64,000 bases of DNA from Eledone cirrhosa (taxonomy: Eukaryota): NCBI GenBank assembly GCA_964016885.1, contig OZ024740.1, forward strand, positions 67,146,001 through 67,210,000, written 5' to 3'. The translations under genes and the position numbers were made by a program. Shown one piece after another: positions 1 to 12,192 of the stretch. Within the stretch, counting starts at the first letter, position 1. Each line of letters begins with the position of its first letter. Under the pieces are notes generated by a model that ran no database searches, had not been told where the DNA came from, and saw only the letters and a program-made list of their open reading frames with translations.

Positions 1-855
1 CTGGTTGATCCCAGGATTGTGCTCATGCCGCCACTGAACATTAAGTTGGGGTTGATGAAGCAGTTTGTGAAGGCTCTCAACCAAGAATCAGCCGCTTTTA
101 AGTACCTTCTTGAGTTCTTCCCCAAGTTATCTGAGGCCAAAATCAAAGGTAGAATTTTTGTTGGACCACAGATAAAGAAGGTGTTTGAGTCTCCCGAGTT
201 CTCCAATAAACTCAATAGGATTGAGAGAACAGCATGGAACTATTTCAAGGCAGTTGTTAAGGGCTTCATGGGCAACTACAGAGCTGAAAACTACCAGCAA
301 CTGGTAAAGGATCTGATAAAGGCTTTTGGCGCCTTGGGATGCAGGATGTCGCATAAACTCCATTTGCTGGACGCTCACATGGAAAAATTCAAGGACAATA
401 TGGGCGCCTACTCAGAAGAACAAGGCGAACGATTCCACCAAGATGTAAAAGAAATAGAGCGGAGGTACCAGCGCCACTACAATGAAAAAATCATGGGGGA
501 CTATATCTGGGGGCTAGTGTGGGAATGCGACCTGGAGTACAACCGCAAATCCAGGAAATCCAGTCATTTCTGACGTATATAAATTGCTTTATAAGTGTTA
601 TTTGTTTTTACCTGTTTGCTTTTGATAAGCTTGTGTAATAAAATAAATATATACTCTGTTGATTTAATTATATGAACTGATAAATTTTAAAAAAATGTGT
701 TTTTTCTTGAAAAATATGAAAATTCTGAAATATCAAACTCCTAACCACAAACCCAAACTTCTGATTAAATAATAGTGTTTTTTTTATAATAATGGGATAT
801 AACAAACCATGAAATGACACTTAGAACCGGGGAACAAAAAAAAAGTTACACGGTG
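1..855 (+). mobile_element. 3' end of a Chapaev3-like (CMC/Transib-related DDE) DNA transposon
   Basis: Transposase C-terminus followed by an AT-rich 3' region ending ...GAAATGACACTTAGAACCGGGGAACAAAAAAAAAGTTACACGGTG (855), which resembles Chapaev3 terminal inverted repeats (CAC(T/C)GTGTAAC... on the other strand). The 5' end lies outside the window. Confidence 0.7.
19..573 (+). CDS. Chapaev3-like transposase, C-terminal part (open reading continues upstream of the window)
   Basis: Motifs PPLNIKLGLMKQFVKAL, FPKLSEAKIKGRIFVGPQI, KLHLLDAH, SEEQGERFHQD and DYIW. Confidence 0.75.
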   Translation: MLMPPLNIKLGLMKQFVKALNQESAAFKYLLEFFPKLSEAKIKGRIFVGPQIKKVFESPEFSNKLNRIERTAWNYFKAVVKGFMGNYRAENYQQLVKDLIKAFGALGCRMSHKLHLLDAHMEKFKDNMGAYSEEQGERFHQDVKEIERRYQRHYNEKIMGDYIWGLVWECDLEYNRKSRKSSHF

Positions 856-864
856 TTACCAGGG

Positions 865-1380
865 GTTTCTGAAACATGAAGGAATTTAGTTGGATACTTT
901 TAAGGTTACAGGCCCAACGCAACCAAATTACTAAACAGTGCGGTCGCCGGGCAAAATTTTGAAATCTTTTTCAGTCAAGAAAACTTCTGAAAGTTAAGTA
1001 ATGCATATGCAAAGTTTAAACAAAATCGGTTGGGTACTTCTCGAGTTACAGGCCCTTACGCAACCAAAATGTTTCAAAAAATCGGTTTTTCGCATAATGC
1101 GGTCCCTGGGGTGAAGAAATGAAAAAAATCGTTTTTACTCAAAACACTTTAAACGACATAAGTAATGCAAATTTTGAAGAAATCTCCTTGATTATTGTTC
1201 CGTTATACCTAAAAAAATCCTTTAAAGCCTAAAATATGAAGTTTTTCGCCTAATTGCTCGAGATTTACTCTAGGGTTCTTAAATATTTGATATATATTTA
1301 TCCTTATCGAGCCTCGAGAAATAAATACGTTTGTTTATATTTTCTGATTGTGTATGCAAAAATATCTGTACACGAATATA

Positions 1381-1420
<40 letters not shown>

Positions 1421-1600
1421 TAACAGATTAAAGTTTAAGCAAATAATCGCTGCTTTCACTCTTAACGGGATCTTCTGAAACTAAAAAAAATCAATCTGTG
1501 AACGCAGAAGTAAATATTTCGAAAAACGTTACACACTATATATATATATACACACACTATACACACACACACACACGCACACACGCGCGCACGCACACAC

Positions 1601-1694
<94 letters not shown>

Positions 1695-1972
1695 ACACAC
1701 AGCTACGTCATAATGTCGTAATGCAGACAGACATATATTATAAGGGCGTAACGTTATATCTATGTATCTATCTAAAAAGAGAAAGACTAAGAGTTATAGA
1801 GAGAGATAGCTAAATCGCCTAAGGCATTGAAAAGTTGAAATTGTTTTTGCGCAAAACACTCACAGGACCATAAGTATTTCATGTGTAAAGTTTGAAAACA
1901 ATCGGTTGGGTGGTTCTCGAATTTTAGTGAGCGGACAGACAGATAGACATTCTCTGTTTTAGATATATAGAT
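865..1972 (+). mobile_element. Possible non-autonomous Helitron/Helentron-like remnants
   Basis: Internally repeated AAGTAAT...CAAAGTTT...AATCGGTTGGGT...TCTCGAGTT units (~1000-1050, ~1870-1920) ending GACAGACAGATAGAC...TTTTAGATATATAGAT. Classification is by resemblance only. Confidence 0.3.
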
Positions 1973-2022
1973 AATGATGAAGGTGATAAAGAAATGATGA
2001 TCATATATATATATATATATAT

Positions 2023-2720
2023 CCTATGATGGTTGGAAGATCACTGATGAAGGACAAACTTTTTTCATATGTAACCCATTTGCAACTCCGCAGCGCCCTT
2101 ATTTTCATATTTACACATATTTTTTCCTCTGCTGCTACATGTCTTTTTCGTTCTATGTATCTTTACCCTTTCTAGCAGTCTCTCTCTCTCTCTGTTAGCC
2201 TCTTCCTCACTCTTCACTCACTCATTCTCTGTCACTACCTCTCCTCCTCCTCTTTCTTCCCGTTTGACCTGTGTGTAATTCTTTTCTCCCGCACGCTGGC
2301 GAAGCTGGTATGAATTTTTTCTCTCTCTCGTCTACGATTTCACAGAACTTATGTTTACCGAATTCACAGACCAGACCCCTTCTTCCTCCCGTTAGACCTG
2401 TGCGAAATTCCTTCCTTGCTCACATTTCAACCAGGTTTGATGGTCTTTATTCTCTCGTTCAGGATTTCACCGAATTTAAATTCATAGAAATCTGGGACTT
2501 GTCTCTTTCTTCCTCACTTTCTGTTGCTTCACCATTTTGTTTGTTTACCCTCGCATCCCCTTTATTTACGTGTCCCAACGTCTTTTTTTAGCCGTTGCTC
2601 GCACCAACCTGAGGTATATGGTCTTTAAAGCGATGAAATGCCTATGATGGTTGGAAGATCACTGATGAAGGACAAACTTTTTTCATATGTAACCCATTTG
2701 CAACTCCGCAGCACCCTTAT

Positions 2721-2726
<6 letters not shown>
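2023..2726 (+). mobile_element. Non-coding element with ~85-bp terminal direct repeat (period 618), inserted in (TA)n
   Basis: CCTATGATGGTTGGAAGATCACTGATGAAGG...ATTTTCATAT occurs at 2023 and 2641, with (TA)n on both flanks. Confidence 0.6.
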
Positions 2727-2791
<65 letters not shown>

Positions 2792-2824
2792 AAAGAATAG
2801 AGGTGTAACACACAAGTTATTATA

Positions 2825-3338
2825 TATTGGTAAACGGAATAGAAAATGCTGACAAATTGTTCACAGTTGAAAAATGGTTTAATTAGGAATAAAAGAGTAT
2901 TAGTGATTGTATGGGTTAGTATTCAGTTGTGGTTTTAAGTTTTTAAGTTTTTACCGGTTGCGCATTTCTAAATGCTTTTCAAAAATAAGTTTGAGATAGA
3001 GTGTCCGTGCTGTTTGCTCTGATCTGATTAGTTTTGGGAATTCTACCTGTTTTTATGTTAAAAAAGTGGCTCCAGCGTTACTTTGGTGTTGCAAAAATTC
3101 TTGTGGTCAAAACAATTTTGATTGGTCGGTAGAGGTCATGTGAATGTAAAAAATTGATTTTGCGACAAGACTGTTTTTATGTTTAAAAAGTGGCTCCAGC
3201 GTTATTTGGTGTTTGCAAAAATTCTTGTGGTCAAAACAATGTTGATTGGTCGGTAGAGGTCATGTGAATAAAAAATTGGTTTTGCGCCAAGATTGAGAAA
3301 TGACTCTTTCACAACAAATATGTGTGTGTGTGTGTGTG

Positions 3339-3400
<62 letters not shown>

Positions 3401-3612
3401 TAGTAGTAGTAAGGTGTTCGATGTTGTGATAATGGTTAGCAGCGATGTGTGTCAAATGGCTATTAAGATAAGTGTGTGTGTGTGTGTGTATCTGTGTATA
3501 GCAAAGTAATTCGTGGTGGCAGGGATGGTCAGTAAGAATGTGTCTGAAAGCAATGGGGGGTATTTTAGCATGTCAAAAATATATTCAGCTTTTGTCTTAT
3601 ACGGAGAAGTGC

Positions 3613-3643
<31 letters not shown>

Positions 3644-3867
3644 AGTCTCTTTGTATGTTGATGTACGCGTTTTTATGTGTGTGTGTATATATATATATAT
3701 GTGTGTGTATGTGTGTGGACCAGTATTTTTCCCCCTGGTAAAATGGTGTACATTATTCGATTTTTTCAGTAAAATCGGTTCTCTTAATAGAACATCAAAA
3801 ATCTTAACAATAAAAGGTGTGAAATGATATTCACTATATATATATACACATACATATATTCACTATA

Positions 3868-3913
<46 letters not shown>

Positions 3914-5524
3914 TACACATATATACATACATATATGCACATATATTTTTTTGTGTTGCACCATAGAGCATGTGTGTTTACGTATGTCATTGTGTTTATA
4001 TGTGGGTAGAGATGTGTGCTGATTTAGGTATGTATGTTGACGTGTGTATGTTGTGGGTTCGTCTTAGGGAGAAGTGTTTAGACGGGGTCCGTATTTGTTA
4101 ATGAAGTAAGATTCCTTGCTGATGCGCTGGGTGTGGGTGGAATTATCTTTAAATTTGTAGAGGGGAAAGATTCTGAAGTTGGGATGATTTTGGGCGGCAC
4201 AGGTATCAATGTGTTCACTCAGTGGTATTTTCCTGTATTCCCGTATTTTAATTTGGGATCTATGGACAGTCATGCGTTGGCGGAGGCTGTTTTGGGTCTG
4301 GCCTATGTATTGTTCTCGACAACCTGAACAAGTTAATACATATATTAGATTTTCCGATGCACTTGTGAAATTGTGTTTTACTATAAAACGTTGAACAGCT
4401 CTCTATCTAAAATCTGCAATCTCTGCCTAAATGAAAAATTTACCATTATCTCTAATCTAGATTCTATAATAAATAGACGAACTGATTTGTTTTCTATCTG
4501 CTTGCATAAATTCCATAAAACATTTCACAAAGTATACAGCTAATATTCAATTCTTTATCAATTTAGAATCTTTTTCTCAAAGGCACATATACATACACCT
4601 CTTTTAAAATATACCCATCTTCCTACCTTATTTCAAAGGGTATTATACACTCTATAATACTTGTTTACTCATTACCCTTACTCTATTTTCACCTTGTAAA
4701 ATCCTTCGTAACATATACATTTGTTTTGACGCCAGATTATTCATCCTTAATTCATTATTTTTTTTTCTCCCTATCATCTAACTCATTCTCAATACATATT
4801 AACTCTTTCTTCGCACATATTATCAATTCCTTCAATATACAAACCTTAACTTCACATTATTTTTCTCAAATCCTTCAATACACAAACCTTAATTTTTTTT
4901 CTCTTCGTTAATTATCAAATTTCCATAATACTTGTAGACAAACACACTTTTTTTTGACGTTAGAGTATTCATCCGCAATTCATTATTTTATTCTCTCTAT
5001 CATCAAACTCATTATTCTAAATACATATTAACTCCCTCTCCTTCGTCGCACATATTTTTCCCTGCGTTAATTTTCAAATTCTTTTAATTTATACATTATC
5101 TTCCAACAGTTTTCAACATCTCTATGTAAAACAATATATCTTTCTCAGTTATAAAAACTATCTCTCTCTCTCTATCACCCATCTCTCCTCCTATCTCATC
5201 CTTCCTCATTATATTCCTCCCTCTCATCTCACCTTCACTCACATCTCCTCCTCTTTTTTTCATCCTTCCCCCCCCCCCCCCTCTAAATAAAATATTTTTC
5301 CCAATATCACACATCAATCTAAAACTACTTCTCATGTGTTGATTTAAAACTGCACTATCTACAAGTGTTTTTTAGCCTTCATATCATGTCCTCCTGTTTT
5401 ATCTGATGAAAACACAAATATTATTGCATGATGATGTTTGTTTTTGAAATGCGCATAATAAAATACATGGAACTCCTTTAGCCATCTTTTGTTCTTATAT
5501 ATTATATGCATGTATATATGTGTA

Positions 5525-5556
<32 letters not shown>

Positions 5557-5707
5557 GTGAATATATGTATGTGTATATATATATAGTGAATATCATTTCA
5601 CACCTTTTATTGTTAAGATTTTTGATGTTCTATTAAGAGAACCGATTTTACTGAAAAAATCGAATAATGTACACCATTTTACCAGGGGGAAAAAATACTG
5701 GTCCACC

Positions 5708-5746
<39 letters not shown>

Positions 5747-5927
5747 ATACACACACACATACACACGCGTACATCAACATACAAAGAGACTTATATACAC
5801 ACACACACACACACACACTTCTCCGTATAAGACAAAAGCTGAATATATCTTTTGACATGCTAAAATACCCCCCATTGCTTTCAGACACATTCTTAATGAC
5901 CATCCCTGCCACCACGAATTACTCTGC

Positions 5928-5958
<31 letters not shown>

Positions 5959-6029
5959 TTATCTTAATAGCCATTTGACACACATCGCTGCTAACCATTA
6001 TCACAACATCGAACACCTTACTACTACTA

Positions 6030-6105
<76 letters not shown>

Positions 6106-6592
6106 TTGTTGTGAAAGAGTCATTTCTCAATCTTGGCGCAAAACCAATTTTTTATTCACATGACCTCTACCGACCAATCAAAATTGTTTTGACCACAATA
6201 ATTTTTGCAAACACCAAATAACGCTGGAGCCACTTTTTTAACATAAAAACAGTCTTGGCGCAAAATCAATTTTTTACATTCACATGACTTCTACCGACCA
6301 ATCAAAATTGTTTTGACCACAAGAATTTTTGCAACACCAAAGTAACGCTGGAGCCACTTTTTTAACATAAAAACAGGTAGAATTCCCAAAACTAATCAGA
6401 TCAGAGCAAACAGCACGGACACTCTATCTCAAACTTATTTTTGAAAAGCATTTAGAAATGCGCAACCGGTAAAAACTTAAAAACTTAAAACCACAACTGA
6501 ATACTAACCCATACAATCACTAATACTCTTTTATTCCTAATTAAACCATTTTTCAACTGTGAACAATTTGTCAGCATTTTCTATTCCGTTTA

Positions 6593-6598
<6 letters not shown>
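2825..6598 (-). mobile_element. Decayed Penelope-like element with ~1.1-kb inverted repeats
   Basis: 2825-~3940 is the reverse complement of ~5503-6598. A GIY-YIG C-terminus lies at 4064-4390 on the minus strand. (TA)n lies at or near both ends. Confidence 0.75.
4064..4390 (-). pseudogene. PLE GIY-YIG endonuclease fragment
   Basis: YIGQTQNSLRQRMTVHR...PLSEHIDTC...RISKESYFINKYGPRLN. Confidence 0.75.
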
Positions 6599-6657
<59 letters not shown>

Positions 6658-6839
6658 ATCATTATCCTTTTTGATTCTCCGCTGATTATATGTGTGTTAT
6701 GAGGAAGGTGTGGCTGCTATTTTCACTATGTCATGTGACCACTGTTTGTTGCAATGTTTGTTTTTAATCTGAAGTAAAAAATTACTTACAAACACACACT
6801 CAAACGCCCACGTATGTATGTATTTATGTATGTATGTCC

Positions 6840-7220
6840 ATAATTTTGAGGACGGACGCATAGAGCATCATAATATCAAACGGGATGTGCGTAAGCATTG
6901 CCCTGGTGAATCTCTCGAAACGATCGGTGTCTCCACTGAATTAGTGTGCCCTGAGTGTGGAAAGATTTGCTTGAGCAAATCTGGTCTCAGGAGACATAGT
7001 TGCAGCTATGTTCAAAGAAAACCAGTGAACTATGATCTTCGCGTATTGTAAATGTTCACAGGCAACCTGATGCAAGATCTCAGACCAGGGAGATCCATAG
7101 TTGTCGTCGATGTACGAAGCCGAGCAAGTCTCTACAGGCTTGAAAAGCCATATCTGAGCGTCACACATCTGAATCTGACAAGCGATTGCAATACTCTTAG
7201 CAGAATTTGCAGCCATCATG
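6840..7220 (+). pseudogene. Decayed 3' end of a LINE (RTE-like) with C2H2-type zinc-finger remnants
   Basis: CPECGKICLSKSGLRRH, plus further degenerate Cys/His segments (TGLKSH). Confidence 0.4.
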
Positions 7221-8777
7221 TATAGATGGATTTATAGATAGATGGATGGATCGATTATGGATCGAGGAATGATGGATGTATAGGTGCATGGGTGATAGAT
7301 GGATAGATGGAGGGATAGGTATGCGGATGGACGAACCCGTAAGTCTTGATGGAGTCGAAGGAGCACTGTAGACTTGTGAATTTAAAACCTGTCAGAACTT
7401 ATCACTCTCCAGGTGTAAATAAACTTCATTTCGTCTAGTGGGGGAGAGCGGAGTGATATTGAAGAAGTAGGAAAGTATAGAGAAGGACGCTGCCCAACGA
7501 TTGGACTGTTTATTATTTCATTCACTTCGAAAGTATTAAAAGTATTAACCTCGGTAAGAATTGAACCTAAAGCGCAAAACCCAGAACGAATAATGCAAAG
7601 CATTCTAGCCGATGCTCTAACAGCTCTGATAATTCGCTGTCTATATGCCAACATTTACGTACAAAGACACAGACTTAGGCACATACATATATACATAACC
7701 TTTTATATTCGAAAAACTATTGTGCTATAACTATCACACTTATGCACATACTTAAACCTATAAACATACTCATACATATAGAATTATTTATATGGTTTAA
7801 ATCGACTCCGGCAATTGGCCCTGATTGCCAAACCTATTCACGGATCACAGGAGTATGTCGATAAACAGTCAATCAGTGTACACCTACAATACTGAGTGAC
7901 TTTGAGGCTCTACTTGACTGAGAACTAATAGAAATTTTGACTCGTATCTTATTGTTGTTAGAGTTATGAAAGGAGAGGTTGAATTTGGCTGGATTTGAAA
8001 TCAGAACTTTTATAAAACGAATACGCACCAAAAAACACCAACGACTCTTCGAATTATTTGTTCTATTTAGAATATAATATTGCATACTCACCATGATTAC
8101 CATTATAACAATCATTAACATCATCACACTTTCATAATAACCATCATCTTCACCATAAGAAACAGCAGTGTTAACATAATCAGAATATCATTGATTTCAA
8201 ATTTGCATGCTTAAGCATCATTTTCCGACCTGTGTTATTGGCTAATTATATGTAGCATTAATTGCTTTAAAATAAAGGCAAAACAAACAAACAAATATTT
8301 ATAGTAAAATAATAAAATAAGATAATACAAATATTCATGATTCGTTCCTGTATTTTTGTATTAGTTTGTTTTATTTAACGTAAGAAAATATCGTTTTATA
8401 GAAATCACTTCATCCGGAGGCACGTGTGTCAATTTGTCTAATTAACAGAAATACCATGTAACCATGTAAAAAATCGTAATGCAGAGTAAACGGCCACATT
8501 ACTGTAAATGTTTTCTTATTGATCATGGCCATGCTAATCATTTCTTAATTACGAAAAAGTCCTTTAGTTGATGCTCAACTACAGTTATTTTGCCATTTTT
8601 TGTAGCCTTCATACTGTAAAATACACAGGATGTTATTCATTATAGTTTTGCAGAGATGCCGGATCTCTGCATTTCAGATGAAATGAGAGACAAGAAAGAT
8701 TCTGAGAAACCTGGATTTAATTCAATGAAGAAATTTACCAGTTTTCTCAATATCTTTCTGTCTCTGTCTCCCCCCAC

Positions 8778-8877
<100 letters not shown>

Positions 8878-9262
8878 CATACACACAGAAATATATAGAA
8901 ATATTCAGAGAGAGAGAGTGAGAAAGAGGGAGAAAGAGAGGGAGAGAGAGAAAGGAGAACTGATAAATTGCTTCATCGAATATACATGTATTAATGATTA
9001 TATTATTCAAGGTGTAGAAAGTAAAATGCCACAGATTTACAGATACGTTTATCTCAATGGCAAATCATTTGAGCGAGTACCATATCAATACAAAATACAC
9101 ACCTTACTAAGAGGGGTAATCATTCCCGTTAATAATTTGTACACACACACTCACATACTCATATATATATATATATGTCTCTCCCTCTCTCTCTCTCTTT
9201 CACTCTCGCTCTCTCTACCTCTCTCTCTATATATATAAAGGGTAAACATAAATAACAACAGA

Positions 9263-9480
9263 CCTAGTGGTAAGGGTGTTGGACCTATGCCCATAATGTT
9301 GTGGGTTCAATTCCTGGACTGGGTTGTGTGTTGTGTTCTTGAGCAAAACACTTCAGTTCATGTTGCTCTAGTATACTCAAATGAAAATGAGTATCAGAAA
9401 TAGCTGGGAGTTTAACCCCTGCGGTGGTCTGGCCTCCTATTCAATGGGGAGTATTGTACTCTCAGTCGCTTAACGCTTGA
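9263..9480 (+). mobile_element. tRNA-derived SINE
   Basis: A-box-like CTAGTGGTAAGG, B-box GGTTCAATTCC and CORE-like GTGTTCTTGAGCAAAACACTT. Confidence 0.65.
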
Positions 9481-10380
9481 GACAGACTTTAGAGATATAA
9501 ATAATAATTCAAAGCTCAAATGTGATTTTATTGTGCAGACAGTTCAGAGTTAACTCTATAAATTCCCAATTATAGTAGTTTTACAATAACAGAGCATATA
9601 AATAAGATGAATAAAAATAACAAGGATTAAATCCCATTAAATTATTTGATTGATTTATGAACCTTTCATGCAATAGGAAAATACATTTCCTTGCATTGAT
9701 TTCTTCAGAAGCTATAAAACAACATAAATGATATAATTATTTACCAAACACACGTCTAAACATTTCTGAAAACATAAACAAATTTAAAATACAGTTGGGA
9801 AAACGTTAACACTTTATAGAATACAAAACACGACTGTTTCAACACTACATAATTTTACATGAATTGAATAGTCAGTTTCAAAATTATGGATTAACATCGG
9901 CATGTGTTTGTTATTAGCATAATATGCAAAGTGTTCATACTCGTTAGAGAGATCGAAATGTCAGTTCAACATACGTTGTTCGTAATCACGCGTCACAAGA
10001 TTTGCCAATAACCAGATCAGCTATAGGGCCGATTTATTCATCAGATACAATGGAGACGAGAATCGGAATATTCATTTCTGTATATTATTTTTGGCAATAT
10101 TATAACAATATGACCCTCCCCAAATATAAGTACACATCTATCTATCTATCTATCTATATATCCATTGGGATGGACACACGCGTATAACTTGCTGAGTAAG
10201 TTCTGTTTAAATTTCTATAGAAATTTCTTGTCTGATAACTTTAATTTTTGTACCATTTTGTAGCGGGACTGCCAGGTCAAACTTTGATCTGGTCAGTCTC
10301 TCAAAAAAGTCTACGCCTTTAGGCGAAATAGTTAAACAAAAAAAAGTTTTTTCTTGTTGAAAAGTCAATATTTTTTTTAA

Positions 10381-11802
10381 ATGGCCGAAGCTTCTTCACC
10401 AAAATTCGAAGGAGGAAAGGGGAAGATAAACTTACAGCTTCCCCCTGCCACTGTCACAGTAGCAGAGGTCAAGAAGAAAGGTCAGCCAGAGGAAGAATTC
10501 TCTCCACCTGTTAACCGACAACTTGACGTTGCCATGGCAACAACCCAAAGAACCAGCAGCAACAGCAACAACAACAACAATGCGACGGACGAAAACAACA
10601 CCAATAACAATAACAACAACAACAAGACCAATAACGGTGACAACAACAACAATGATAACAACAACACCACCAACGACAACAACAACACAAACAAACAAAA
10701 TTTCTCCTTCGCCGAGACGACAAGGAAAACCCTCGACTATCTGCCAGTAGATATAACCAAAACGAAGGAGCTACTGGCAGATGCGAAAAAATATATAGTG
10801 TACGGAGAAAATGGTTCATTCACAATCCATTCCCCCCCGGAACTAAAAAGCCAGAGACTCCTAAACACGGTCATGTTTAGGACAATCTCGAACAAAAGTA
10901 AAAAACCAGCTCAACAATCACAGTGTGAGATAGAGCTGGTTTTAAAAGACGTCATGAAGGACATCACCTTCATTCAGAAGGATAGACTCTACGGGAGTCT
11001 ATCCATTCTCATGAAGGACAGGGACACAGCAGTGAAACTGTCCATCAAACCAATCACATCCACCGCATACACCTTCTACCCTACGTACATGGGTAGAAGA
11101 ACACAAAAAATAAAAATCCACACCATCGTGCCGATTATGGACATATGGTGGGTTTTGACAGGTTTTCTGGACCTGGAGGATGACATGCTGGTGTCCATGG
11201 GAAAGGCATCGGGTGACGCGTTCAGTGGAACGAGCTTCGAACTTGTAGTTCAAATGAGGCCCGAAAGGATCGCCCAGATCCCTGAACGCGTCATACTGGA
11301 TGATCTAACCTTCATCAACATTACCGTTGAGGGTAGACGGCCCTCGTGTTACCTCTGCGGAACCAGAGGTCACCTGAGGGCTGTCTGTCCCCAACTTATT
11401 AAGAAAACCCCAATCCTGCCTACACCACCAACAACTGCACAACCAACACAATCACCACAACTACCACTACAAAAACAACCACCACAGCTCAAACCAAAAC
11501 AAAACAATGTCCAACCCATCCCCTCCACTCAAAAAACAAAAACAATTTCCAAAACACCCGTACCGCAAACACAACCCGAAAATATACCCCTCCCCTCCAA
11601 CGCGGAAGATGACCCTAGTTCGTCGTCAGACGAGGAGGAGCGCTTCCACACAATCAAAAGAAAAAAAAGAAAACACACCTCAGACACACAAATGAAAACA
11701 ACCCCTCCCCAAAACATAACACTGACACCAACACAAAGAGCTCACAACAACAGCAAACAAAAAACACCACACAAAAACAAAAACATGCATACACATACAT
11801 AA
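10381..11802 (+). CDS. Tx1 ORF1 gag-like nucleic-acid-binding protein (same frame continues to 12168 after a probable premature stop)
   Basis: 473 aa; EGRRPSCYLCGTRGHLRAVC zinc knuckle; Asn- and Pro/Thr/Gln-rich tracts. Confidence 0.8.
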   Translation: MAEASSPKFEGGKGKINLQLPPATVTVAEVKKKGQPEEEFSPPVNRQLDVAMATTQRTSSNSNNNNNATDENNTNNNNNNNKTNNGDNNNNDNNNTTNDNNNTNKQNFSFAETTRKTLDYLPVDITKTKELLADAKKYIVYGENGSFTIHSPPELKSQRLLNTVMFRTISNKSKKPAQQSQCEIELVLKDVMKDITFIQKDRLYGSLSILMKDRDTAVKLSIKPITSTAYTFYPTYMGRRTQKIKIHTIVPIMDIWWVLTGFLDLEDDMLVSMGKASGDAFSGTSFELVVQMRPERIAQIPERVILDDLTFINITVEGRRPSCYLCGTRGHLRAVCPQLIKKTPILPTPPTTAQPTQSPQLPLQKQPPQLKPKQNNVQPIPSTQKTKTISKTPVPQTQPENIPLPSNAEDDPSSSSDEEERFHTIKRKKRKHTSDTQMKTTPPQNITLTPTQRAHNNSKQKTPHKNKNMHTHT

Positions 11803-12192
11803 ACACAAAAAACAAAAAAACTGTTAAACATTGTGTACAACAACAATCTAATAAAAACACAAGGGCCTAACTTTACCCAGGCAGGGGATTTCCCCCACCT
11901 CAAAATGATTAAGGCCCCACAGGACACCTATAAAACTTTAAAAAACAATTTTAAAGAGGACGTGGGTCCCCCCTGCGTCGGGCCCATTAACCGCGTCCTC
12001 CTAAAAAACTATCCCACCCCCTCCCCAAACACCCACACAACTCCAAGCTCCCCAACCACACAACACACTGATGCCCCTACACTTCCACAAACCACCACCC
12101 CACCCAACAACCCATCCCCCACCCTAATGGAAATTGTGCAGCCCGATACCCGGGACGCGGAGAGGTAAGTGCCTTTTCTCTTCACCACCAAC

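Noticed and set aside
5421-5461. TTATTG-CATGATGA...GAAATGCGCA-TAATAA hammerhead-like string
   Set aside because: Stem I pairs, but the core has an insertion, there is no stem II and no NUH triplet. At best a decayed relic.
6441-6470. TTGAAAAGCATTTAGAAATGCGCA as a variant hammerhead
   Set aside because: No stem I or stem II pairing.
7382-7654. 90-aa minus-strand ORF
   Set aside because: No recognisable domain or supporting splice signals.
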